From assembly GCA_043821445.1 (NCBI GenBank), contig JBDRCT010000040.1:26745-90744 (forward strand): a DNA stretch of 64,000 nucleotides, in the 5' to 3' direction. The notes under the pieces are model-generated. The model worked only from the letters and a program-made list of their open reading frames with translations. It was not told the origin of the DNA and searched no databases. The stretch is from Candidatus Omnitrophota bacterium (GTDB lineage: Bacteria; Omnitrophota; Omnitrophia; Omnitrophales; Aquincolibacteriaceae). Shown here piece after piece: positions 56,729 to 64,000 of the stretch (its first letter is position 1; each line of letters opens with the position of its first letter). Made by a program: the position numbers and the translations under genes.

Positions 56729-57823
56729 ATGCTAAAGATCGCTCTGGTCCATGATTGGCTCATTCATATGCGCGGCGGCGAGAAGGTCCTGGACGCCTTG
56801 GCCGAACTTTATCCGGAGGCCACACTTTACACGCTGTTCATTGACCGGAAAAAGATAAGCCCGAACCTTTCACGGCTCAGGACCAAGGCCTCGTTCCTGC
56901 AATATTTTCCGGGCATCAAGTTCTACTACCGGTGGCTTCTCCCGATCCTGCCCTGGGCGATCCGTTCCCTGAAAATCGAGGAGGCGGACCTGGTGATCTC
57001 AAGCTCCCACTGCGTCGCGAAAGGCATCCGTGTCCCCGCAAACGCTTTCCATGTCTGCTACTGCCATACGCCGATGCGCTATCTTTGGGGGTTCCAGGAC
57101 GCCTATTTCAAGCGCTATCTGTCACCGGTCCGGCTGCTCATCAATGGCGTATTCCATTTCCTCAAAAAATGGGACCTGGGGACCAACGAGCGGGTGGACC
57201 TTTTCGTCGCGAATTCCGAATATATCAGAAAGCGCATCAAAACGGTCTACGGGTGCGACGCCGTGGTCGTCCATCCGCCGCTTGAGACGGACTTCTTCAA
57301 GCCCGTGGGCACTCCGGAGAATTTTTTTCTTGCAGTTTCACACTTTGTTCCGTATAAAAGACTTGACCTGGTGATCGAGGCTTTTAACGGCCTGGAACGG
57401 CGGCTGGTCGTGATCGGGTCCGGTCCTCTGGCGTCCCAATATCAAAAACTCCGGAAAAGCGACCGGATATCCTTCTGGGGCGGCGTGAGCGATGACGAGC
57501 TTCGCAAGGCCTACTCGGAAGCGAAGGCGCTTGTCTTTCCGACGGAGGAAGATTTCGGGATCGTGCCGCTGGAGGCCCAGGCCTGCGGCACGCCGGTGAT
57601 CGCGTTCCGGAGAGGCGGGGCACTGGAAACAGTGAAAAGCGGTGTTTTTTTTGATGAACAGACCCCGGAAGCCGTTCGCGAGGCCGTGCTGCGGTTCGAG
57701 GGACAGAGCTTCGACCGCGGAGAGGTTTCCGGAAAAGTGCAGGGGTTCGGACGAAAGCATTTCCTAGAAAATATGAAAAAAACCATCGACGAACATTACG
57801 CGAAGAAGGTTGTGCCGTCATGA
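56729..57823 (+). CDS. GT4 (group-1) glycosyltransferase
   Basis: EDFGIVPLEAQACGTPVI E-x7-E motif. 364 aa. Confidence 0.8.
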   Translation: MLKIALVHDWLIHMRGGEKVLDALAELYPEATLYTLFIDRKKISPNLSRLRTKASFLQYFPGIKFYYRWLLPILPWAIRSLKIEEADLVISSSHCVAKGIRVPANAFHVCYCHTPMRYLWGFQDAYFKRYLSPVRLLINGVFHFLKKWDLGTNERVDLFVANSEYIRKRIKTVYGCDAVVVHPPLETDFFKPVGTPENFFLAVSHFVPYKRLDLVIEAFNGLERRLVVIGSGPLASQYQKLRKSDRISFWGGVSDDELRKAYSEAKALVFPTEEDFGIVPLEAQACGTPVIAFRRGGALETVKSGVFFDEQTPEAVREAVLRFEGQSFDRGEVSGKVQGFGRKHFLENMKKTIDEHYAKKVVPS

Positions 57824-59211
57824 GGTCCGGTCACGCGCGCAGGATCACGGCGGCAACCGTCCTCGTTGATGCGGCCATGATCGTGCTCAGCTTCATTGTG
57901 GCGTATTACTTCAGGTTCCTGGGCGTGCTGCCCACGCGCGGCGTTCCGCCGCTTCTCAATTACTGTCACGCGCTCCTCGGGATCATCCCGATCTATCTTT
58001 GGCTTTTCCGTGAGGCCGGGCTTTATCAGACTTCGCGTCATATACGGCGGATTGAAGAGATCTTTCTCGTGGTCAAGGTGGTGACCTACGCGGTGATCCT
58101 CCTCATGGCCCTCACGTTCTTCTACCGCCAATTCTCTTACTCGCGCCTTTATCTGGTTTTTATGTGGCTCTTCTCCTGTGTCTTCATCAGCGTCGGCCGC
58201 TACGCGCTCATTCAGTGGGGCTATTGGCGTCGCATGCAGAAAAAGGACACGATCGAGGTCCTGATCATCGGTTTTAACGCCAACACGCATGCCCTGATTA
58301 AGTGGGCCAAGAATAATCCGCACTACGGTCAGAGACCGGTCGGGATCCTCGCCCCGGCCGTGGGGGATATCGGCAAGCTTGTGGAGGATATTCCTGTCGT
58401 GGGCCTCACGGAACACTGGGAGACCTTCATTCAAAAGCTTCAGCCGAATCAGGTCGTGCTCGTGGACGAAAGTTTTTCCAGGGAAAAGGTCACGGACCTC
58501 GTAGCGACCTGTGAGGATGCATTCATTGATTTCAAGATGGGTGCTGACATTCACGGCCTCATTACGAGTAATGTCGGCATCGAATATGTCAGCCATATTC
58601 CGCTTCTCGGGTTCCGTGCGCTCCCGCTCGACGACCCGTGGAACCGGTTCCTGAAAAGGGTCTTCGATTTTGTCGTGGCAAGCGTCATGACTCTCGTTTT
58701 TCTTCCCATCGGACTGGCCGTCGTGGTGCTGATCCTTTTGGAAGGAAAGGGCCCCGTTTTTTATTTTCAGGAACGCATGGGCCGCGACGGGCATGTCTTC
58801 CGCCTCATCAAATTCCGTACGATGAAGATCGACGCCGAGAAGGAAACGGGGCCCGTGTGGGCGTGTCCGGAAGACGACCGGAGAACGCGGACCGGGGAGT
58901 TTCTCCGCCGCTGGAATCTCGACGAGCTCCCGCAGCTTTTGAACGTGCTTTCCGGAAAAATGAGTCTTGTGGGCCCTCGGCCGGAGCGTCCCCACTTCGT
59001 GGATAAATTCCGGGAAAGCGTGCCGCGTTACATGGCGCGTCACAAAGTGAAGTCCGGCCTCACCGGGTGGGCCCAGGTCCACGGTCTGCGGGGTGACACG
59101 TCGATCGAAGAGCGCATTAAATACGATCTTTATTACATGGAGAACTGGTCGCTTCTCCTGGATGTTGAGATCCTGGTGATGACGCTCTTTGCGTTCAAGA
59201 ATGCGTATTGA
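57820..59211 (+). CDS. undecaprenyl-phosphate sugar phosphotransferase (WbaP/WcaJ-like initiating enzyme)
   Basis: N-terminal TM helices. C-terminal bacterial sugar-transferase domain RPGLTGWAQV. Confidence 0.85.
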   Translation: MRSGHARRITAATVLVDAAMIVLSFIVAYYFRFLGVLPTRGVPPLLNYCHALLGIIPIYLWLFREAGLYQTSRHIRRIEEIFLVVKVVTYAVILLMALTFFYRQFSYSRLYLVFMWLFSCVFISVGRYALIQWGYWRRMQKKDTIEVLIIGFNANTHALIKWAKNNPHYGQRPVGILAPAVGDIGKLVEDIPVVGLTEHWETFIQKLQPNQVVLVDESFSREKVTDLVATCEDAFIDFKMGADIHGLITSNVGIEYVSHIPLLGFRALPLDDPWNRFLKRVFDFVVASVMTLVFLPIGLAVVVLILLEGKGPVFYFQERMGRDGHVFRLIKFRTMKIDAEKETGPVWACPEDDRRTRTGEFLRRWNLDELPQLLNVLSGKMSLVGPRPERPHFVDKFRESVPRYMARHKVKSGLTGWAQVHGLRGDTSIEERIKYDLYYMENWSLLLDVEILVMTLFAFKNAY

Positions 59212-59296
59212 ATCGGCACAGCGCGCAAAGCCCAACGCACGACGGTTTAGTTTTCGTTGTGCGTTGCGCCCCGAATTGAAAACGGAGAATTTAAAA

Positions 59297-60073
59297 ATGA
59301 ATAAGGCTCCAGTGTCCGTAGTCGTGATTGCTAAAAATGAGGAAAAGCGTTTGGCCGAATGCCTCCAAAGCGCCGAGTTCGCGGCGGAGATCGTGGTCCT
59401 GGACGATCTGTCGACCGACCGCACGGTGGAGATCGCCAAGTCATTCGGCGCCAAAGTTTTTCAGCGGGCGATGGACATCGAAGGCCGGCACCGGAATTAC
59501 GCCTACGGCCTCGCCACGCAGCCGTGGGTCTTCTCACTCGACGCCGACGAGCGCATCACGCCCGAACTGGCAGAGGAACTCGCCCAGGTCGCCGCGAAGG
59601 CGAACGATCCGCACACCTGCTATTCCATGCCCGTCAAAACCTTCATCGGGACCGACTGGATCAAGGGTGGCGGCTATTATCCCGCGCCCAAAACCAGGTT
59701 TTTCAAAAAAGGACAATTCAAGTATGAAGAGGCCCGCGTCCATCCCAAGATGTTCTATGAGGGCACCTGCGGTTCTTTGAAGGGTGACATTCTGCATTAT
59801 TCCAGCCCGAGCTGGGAGAACTGGCTTTCGAAATTCAACCGCGAAACCGGCCTTGAGGCTGAAAAGTGGGTGAGGGACGGCCGCAAGATGGGACCGTGGC
59901 GCGTTCTCCGGAAGGCCGCAAGCCGTTTCCTCAAATATTATTTTCAGAAAGACGGCATCCGGAACGGCTACACCGGATTCTTGATGTCCTTTTTCCATTC
60001 TGCTTACCAGATTATTGCCTTTGCAAAATACCGCGAACTCAAACGGGCGCAAGAAAGCGCCCCTCACAAATAG
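59297..60073 (+). CDS. GT2 glycosyltransferase, WaaE/KdtX-like (second copy)
   Basis: VSVVVIAKNEEKRL ... VVLDDLSTDRT ... SLDADE. Paralog of 24468. Confidence 0.75.
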   Translation: MNKAPVSVVVIAKNEEKRLAECLQSAEFAAEIVVLDDLSTDRTVEIAKSFGAKVFQRAMDIEGRHRNYAYGLATQPWVFSLDADERITPELAEELAQVAAKANDPHTCYSMPVKTFIGTDWIKGGGYYPAPKTRFFKKGQFKYEEARVHPKMFYEGTCGSLKGDILHYSSPSWENWLSKFNRETGLEAEKWVRDGRKMGPWRVLRKAASRFLKYYFQKDGIRNGYTGFLMSFFHSAYQIIAFAKYRELKRAQESAPHK

Positions 60074-60080
60074 GAGCGAC

Positions 60081-61202
60081 ATGAAAGTCCCGTATTTTGA
60101 CCTCTCCCGATCGCACCAGAAATTTGCCGCCCAGGCCCAGGAGGCCTTTGACCGTATTATGAAAAGCGGCGCCTACATTCTCGGCCCCGCGCTGAAGGAC
60201 CTCGAAGCCGAATTCGCGGCCTATATCGGGACACCATACGCCCTGGGCGTCGGCTCGGGGACGGACGCCCTGATCTTCGCTTTGCGCGCGCTGGACATCA
60301 AAAAAGGAGACGAAGTCATCGTTCCTTCCTTCACATTCATGGCGACCGCGCTTGCCGTGCTTCACGTCGGCGCGACGCCTGTCTTTGCCGACGTCAATGA
60401 AAAAACTTTCAATCTTGATCCGAAGTCCGTCGCTCAGGCGCTCAATCCCAAGACCCGCGCCATGATCCCGGTGCATCTTTTCGGCCAATGCGCCAACATG
60501 ACGGCCTTGGTGGCCCTCGCCAAGCAAAAGAAACTGAAAGTCGTGGAAGACGCCTGCCAGGCCCACGGAGCCCTTTGGAACAAGGTGATGGCCGGGGCAT
60601 TCGGCCATGCCGGATGTTTCAGTTTTTATCCGACCAAGAACTTGGGCGGCATCGGGGACGGAGGCATGATTACCACCTCCGATGAAAAGCTTCTGAAACG
60701 CGTCATCCAATACCGCAATCTCGGCAAGGGCATTGACGACCCGTTCATCCACGACGAGATCGGTTGGACAAGCCGTCTGGACAGCCTCCAAGCCGCGTTC
60801 CTCAGCATCAAGCTAAAATTCCTGGATGAGCTGAACCGGGAACGTCGCGCGGTCGCCGAAATGTATCACAAAAAACTTGCGGGAACTCCGCTCGGCCTGC
60901 CGCGGGAAACCGCCCGGGCCTATCATGTTTATCACCTCTATGTAGTCTGCGTGCCGGACGGAAAAAGGAACGCTCTCAAAGAACATCTCGCGGCTCAAGG
61001 CATACCGACCATGGTCCATTATGCGACCCCGGTCCATGCCCAGCCCATTATGAAAAAGTACAAGACCCGGAAAGTGAAGCTCCCGGTCACGGAGAGGCTC
61101 TCGGAAGAAGTCCTGACCCTGCCGCTTTTCCCGGGCATGACCGGACCGGAAGTGGACGCCGTGGCCGGCGCCATCCGGCGTTTCTTCGGGGAGAAATCAT
61201 GA
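60081..61202 (+). CDS. DegT/DnrJ/EryC1/StrS-family sugar aminotransferase (second copy)
   Basis: VPYFDL ... GSGTDAL ... GDEVIVPSFTF ... YPTKNLG (PLP lysine region). Confidence 0.85.
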   Translation: MKVPYFDLSRSHQKFAAQAQEAFDRIMKSGAYILGPALKDLEAEFAAYIGTPYALGVGSGTDALIFALRALDIKKGDEVIVPSFTFMATALAVLHVGATPVFADVNEKTFNLDPKSVAQALNPKTRAMIPVHLFGQCANMTALVALAKQKKLKVVEDACQAHGALWNKVMAGAFGHAGCFSFYPTKNLGGIGDGGMITTSDEKLLKRVIQYRNLGKGIDDPFIHDEIGWTSRLDSLQAAFLSIKLKFLDELNRERRAVAEMYHKKLAGTPLGLPRETARAYHVYHLYVVCVPDGKRNALKEHLAAQGIPTMVHYATPVHAQPIMKKYKTRKVKLPVTERLSEEVLTLPLFPGMTGPEVDAVAGAIRRFFGEKS

Positions 61203-61759
61203 GGAACCCGCACCGCAAAGTCGTTTTTATCGACCGGGACGGCGTCATCAATGTGGATCTCTGGAAGTACGTGGAGCACTGGAAGGAATTCCGTTTTGAA
61301 AAAGGCGCGCTGGAAGGGCTCCGGGCTTTAAGCGAAAAAGGATTCGATATTTTCATTATTTCAAACCAGGCCGGCGTGGGAGACGGGACCTTCAGCGAGG
61401 CGGCCATGTGGCAGGTGCATGAAAAGATGGTCGCGGCCATGGCCAAGCGCGACATCAAGATCCGCGGAGCGCGCTACTGCATTCACGCCAAAAAAGAAAA
61501 ATGTAATTGCCGCAAACCCAAGACGCAACTCCTTGAAAAAGCCGTCGCGAATCTCAACTTTGACAAAAATAGCACCTATTTTGTCGGGGATAAAATGAGC
61601 GACCTTGAGGCCGGAAAGAATTTCGGGATCCGGACGATCCTAGTGCGGACCGGATATGGCCGGAAGACGGAAAAGCAACTGACGAAAGAGCTTCGGCCTG
61701 ACCATATCGTCAACGATCTCCGCGAAGCGGTCCCGATCATCCTGAAGGCAGCGGCATGA
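61199..61759 (+). CDS. HAD-IIIA phosphatase, D,D-heptose 1,7-bisphosphate phosphatase (GmhB)-like
   Basis: VVFIDRDGVIN (DxDG[TV]) motif I. ISNQAGV motif II. CxC zinc-site-like CNCRKPK. Confidence 0.75.
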   Translation: MRNPHRKVVFIDRDGVINVDLWKYVEHWKEFRFEKGALEGLRALSEKGFDIFIISNQAGVGDGTFSEAAMWQVHEKMVAAMAKRDIKIRGARYCIHAKKEKCNCRKPKTQLLEKAVANLNFDKNSTYFVGDKMSDLEAGKNFGIRTILVRTGYGRKTEKQLTKELRPDHIVNDLREAVPIILKAAA

Positions 61760-61811
61760 GGTTTCAGGAAAGTTGCATGACGTCACGGACATGGTAATCT
61801 GAGAGGACTTT

Positions 61812-62945
61812 ATGAAGATCGATATCATTCACGCGACGGCCGGGGAGGGGCATCGCAAGATCGCCATGGCGGTCCAGGATGGCCTGGCGCGTTATGGCCT
61901 CCTTGGAAAGAAGGGCCCGGGCGACCTCCAAGTCCGCTTGCTTAACTGCCTTGATTTCACCGACGCCTTTTTTCAAAAAGCCTACACTTCCTTTTATTAC
62001 TGGTCCGTCCGTCATGTTCCGAATCTCTGGGGCGGATCCTACGAGGTTTTGGATCACGCATGGGTCTATCAGCTGATCCGGCCGTTTCGTTCGCTCACGA
62101 ATAGCCTCCACGCGAAGCGTCTGGTGGAGGACATCATCAAAAACCAGCCCGATGTGATCGTCTCTACCCATTTCCTTCCTCCCGAGATCCTGGGCCGAGC
62201 CAAGCAAAAGGGCCTGATCCGGTCGAAAATGATCACCATTGTCACGGATTTTTATCCTCACACGTTTTGGATCAATCCCGGAACCGATCACTACTGGGTC
62301 ATGGCCGATGAGACCAAACAGGACTTGATCCGGCGTGGCATTCCGGACGGGATCATTACCGCCGGTGGCATTCCCATTCTTCCCGCCTTTCAACCTACGG
62401 GGAAAAAACCCGAGATCCTGAAGAAATACGGTCTGGAAGAGAACCGGTTCACTATTTTTCTTACGAGCGGCAGCTTCGGCCTCGGGCCCCAGGAGGCGAT
62501 CCTGGAAGAGCTCAAGGCGTTCAAGGACAAGGTCCAATGTTTCGTGGTCTGCGCCAACAACAAAAAACTCAAGGCGATCCTGGACGCTAAAGTCTATCCC
62601 TATCCCGTGAAGATCTTCGGCTTCGTCGATTTTATGCCTGACCTCATGGAGGTCAGCGATCTCATGGTTGCGAAATCCGGAGGCTCCACGACCTCCGAAG
62701 CCCTGACCAAGGGCGTGATCATGGTCGTCATGGCGCCGATCCCCGGGCAGGAAACCCGGAATGTGAAGCTCCTGAAGCTGCGCGACGCGGCGTATTTCTT
62801 GAACGATCCTCACGAGATCCACACCATCGTCAAGGGGATCCTGGATGATCCCTCTTCCTTACAGAAAAAGCAGGACGCCGTAAGGCTTCTGGCAAAGCCC
62901 AACGCCTCGGAGGATCTCGTCAAAATGATCCTCGGCGGGAAATAG
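61812..62945 (+). CDS. GT28 glycosyltransferase (MGDG-synthase/UgtP-like diacylglycerol or lipid-carrier glycosyltransferase)
   Basis: KIDIIHATAGEGHRKIAMAV N-terminal motif. C-terminal Glyco_tran_28_C-like GGSTTSEAL. Confidence 0.7.
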   Translation: MKIDIIHATAGEGHRKIAMAVQDGLARYGLLGKKGPGDLQVRLLNCLDFTDAFFQKAYTSFYYWSVRHVPNLWGGSYEVLDHAWVYQLIRPFRSLTNSLHAKRLVEDIIKNQPDVIVSTHFLPPEILGRAKQKGLIRSKMITIVTDFYPHTFWINPGTDHYWVMADETKQDLIRRGIPDGIITAGGIPILPAFQPTGKKPEILKKYGLEENRFTIFLTSGSFGLGPQEAILEELKAFKDKVQCFVVCANNKKLKAILDAKVYPYPVKIFGFVDFMPDLMEVSDLMVAKSGGSTTSEALTKGVIMVVMAPIPGQETRNVKLLKLRDAAYFLNDPHEIHTIVKGILDDPSSLQKKQDAVRLLAKPNASEDLVKMILGGK

Positions 62946-62950
62946 TCTCT

Positions 62951-63718
62951 ATGCCGGAGAACGAGTCCCTTTTATTCCTGAAGGCCCTGAAAGAAGACGG
63001 CATTGAACATGTGCACGTATCCCCGAAATCCTCTCATTCCGTCATTCTGAGCCGTGAAACTGCGAAGAATCTCAAGCGAGATCCTTCGCCCTCTGCGGGG
63101 CTCAGGACGACCGAGAACGGGGTTTTTCAGCAGTCTGCAACGGGGAGCCAATCGTCCCATAGCGAAATCCAAGCGCTTCGCGACACGGTTCTCAAATGCA
63201 AACTTTGCGCTGAACTCGCGAGAACCCGCAAGACGGTCGTTTTTGGTTCCGGCGATCTTCAGGCCAAGCTTGTCTTTGTGGGCGAAGCTCCGGGAGCGGA
63301 TGAAGACGAGCAGGGGCTTCCTTTCGTCGGCCGCGCCGGCCAGCTCCTGACCAAGATCATCGAAGCCATGGGGATGACTCGCGATCAGGTCTTCATTTGC
63401 AACGTCCTGAAGTGCCGCCCTCCGAACAATCGTCCGCCGGCGCCCGGGGAAGTCGTGAATTGCCGCCCTTTTCTCAAACGCCAGATCGAATTGATCCGTC
63501 CGAAGGCGATCGTGGCCCTTGGCAATCACGCGGTCAAAGCGCTCCTCCAGACCGAAAAGGGCATTTCGGGGCTGCGCGGCACGTTCCAGGAATACGAAGG
63601 CATTCCCGTGATGTGCACTTATCATCCGGCATATCTTCTGCGAAGCCCGGGCGAGAAACGCAAGGTCTGGGAGGACATGAAGAAGGTCATCCAGCTTCTT
63701 GCGAGGTCCGCGGAGTGA
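62951..63718 (+). CDS. uracil-DNA glycosylase, family 4, with N-terminal extension containing a REP-like repeat
   Basis: CKLCAEL ... [20 protein letters not shown] ... GRAGQLL ... CNVLKCRPP motifs. The first 55 aa or so are not part of the usual UDG4 core. Confidence 0.8.
   Translation: MPENESLLFLKALKEDGIEHVHVSPKSSHSVILSRETAKNLKRDPSPSAGLRTTENGVFQQSATGSQSSHSEIQALRDTVLKCKLCAELARTRKTVVFGSGDLQAKLVFVGEAPGADEDEQGLPFVGRAGQLLTKIIEAMGMTRDQVFICNVLKCRPPNNRPPAPGEVVNCRPFLKRQIELIRPKAIVALGNHAVKALLQTEKGISGLRGTFQEYEGIPVMCTYHPAYLLRSPGEKRKVWEDMKKVIQLLARSAE
63041..63111. repeat. nested-palindromic REP/MITE-like element, copy 1 (inside the UDG N-terminal extension)
   Basis: GTCATTCTGAGCC-gtgaaact-GCGAAGAATCTC-aagc-GAGATCCTTCGC-cctctgcgg-GGCTCAGGACGAC; outer and inner arms are reverse complements. 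Confidence 0.8.
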
Positions 63719-64000
63719 AAGCTTTCTCCAAGAACGTCATTCTGAGCCCCCCAGGAGCGAAGAATCTTAAACGAGATCCTTCGGCTACGTCTCAGGATGA
63801 CAAGACAATATCCGTTCCAGTAGCTCAAGTGGCGGTTCCGCTCCCGATCCCCACGATCTTCAGCTATGGAATCCCGGAGCCTCTCCTCTCCAAGGCCGTT
63901 CCCGGCGTTCGCGTGACCGTTCCGTTCCGTAACACCGAGATCACGGGGTACCTGGTCGGCACTGGCGAAAATGAGTGCGGCACCGAGAGTCCCCAAAAGC
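63714..64000 (+). CDS. priA: primosomal protein N' (PriA), 5' partial; start uncertain
   Basis: VAQVAVPLPIPTIFSYGIPEPL ... GVRVTVPFRNTEITGYLVG matches the PriA N-terminal consensus. The GTG at 63714 overlaps the UDG stop; an internal GTG near 63828 is an alternative. The ORF runs off the window. Confidence 0.65.
63736..63801. repeat. nested-palindromic REP/MITE-like element, copy 2 (5' region of priA)
   Basis: GTCATTCTGAGCC-ccccagga-GCGAAGAATCTT-aaac-GAGATCCTTCGG-ctacgt-CTCAGGATGAC. Confidence 0.8.

Noticed and set aside
57796-59454. 552-aa ORF on the minus strand
   Set aside because: It is antisense to the WbaP-like phosphotransferase and the WaaE-like GT2 gene. Its composition is biased (R/H/E-rich) and it has no motifs.
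61764-62822. 352-aa ORF on the minus strand
   Set aside because: It is antisense to the GT28 gene and has no family resemblance.
1-64000. CRISPR array, rRNA, integrase or transposase genes
   Set aside because: No regularly spaced repeat-spacer array, no rRNA-like conserved segments, and no recombinase or transposase motifs were recognised in any frame of the provided ORFs. The cassette insertions therefore lack an obvious cognate mobilisation gene within the window.

Overview
This 64 kb window is read entirely on the + strand, with about 60 genes and frequent 4-bp ATGA stop/start overlaps, so it looks like one or a few very long operons. It is a surface-glycan 'supercluster' built on an ABC-transporter-dependent pathway (Wzm/Wzt, with a Wzt that carries a C-terminal extension).

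Three nucleotide-sugar routes are present: CDP-3,6-dideoxyhexose (rfbF-rfbG-rfbH plus a reductase/epimerase), GDP-6-deoxyhexose (gmd plus an Rmd-like reductase), and a UDP-amino sugar route (wecB-like 2-epimerase plus two DegT-family aminotransferases). There are also heptose-related genes (a GT9 heptosyltransferase and a GmhB-like phosphatase), an initiating WbaP-like phosphotransferase, about ten GT2/GT4/GT9/GT28 transferases, three large GT-C-like membrane proteins, two O-antigen-ligase-like proteins and an RgpF-like ORF.

Tailoring enzymes are unusually dense: three B12-binding radical SAM proteins, four class I SAM methyltransferases, a NodU/CmcH carbamoyltransferase with SxtJ-like and DUF5989-like small membrane proteins, a hexapeptide acyltransferase with a zinc ribbon, an SGNH hydrolase and a putative deacetylase.

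The main thing to follow up is a set of small selfish or defence cassettes embedded in the glycan operon. These are two AbiEi/AbiEii pairs, a VapBC-like pair, and two COG1373-type AAA ATPases (AAA_14 plus DUF4143). The second ATPase sits next to an unusual DUF1016_N-SNase fusion nuclease and a 58-aa ORF. Three of the cassettes are bracketed by diverged direct repeats of 38 to ~95 bp that duplicate the ends of neighbouring glycan genes, which marks them as insertions.

Other features worth a second look:
- a C9 homopolymer at the 5' end of a GT-C gene, a phase-variation candidate;
- a dyad-symmetric pair of 4 x 8-mer tandem arrays downstream of the carbamoyltransferase;
- helically phased GTAAC iterons flanking a four-helix-bundle gene;
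- two copies of a ~70 bp nested-palindromic REP/MITE-like element translated in-frame at the 5' ends of the UDG and priA genes.

No rRNA, tRNA or CRISPR array was recognised. The window ends with a family-4 uracil-DNA glycosylase and the start of priA.
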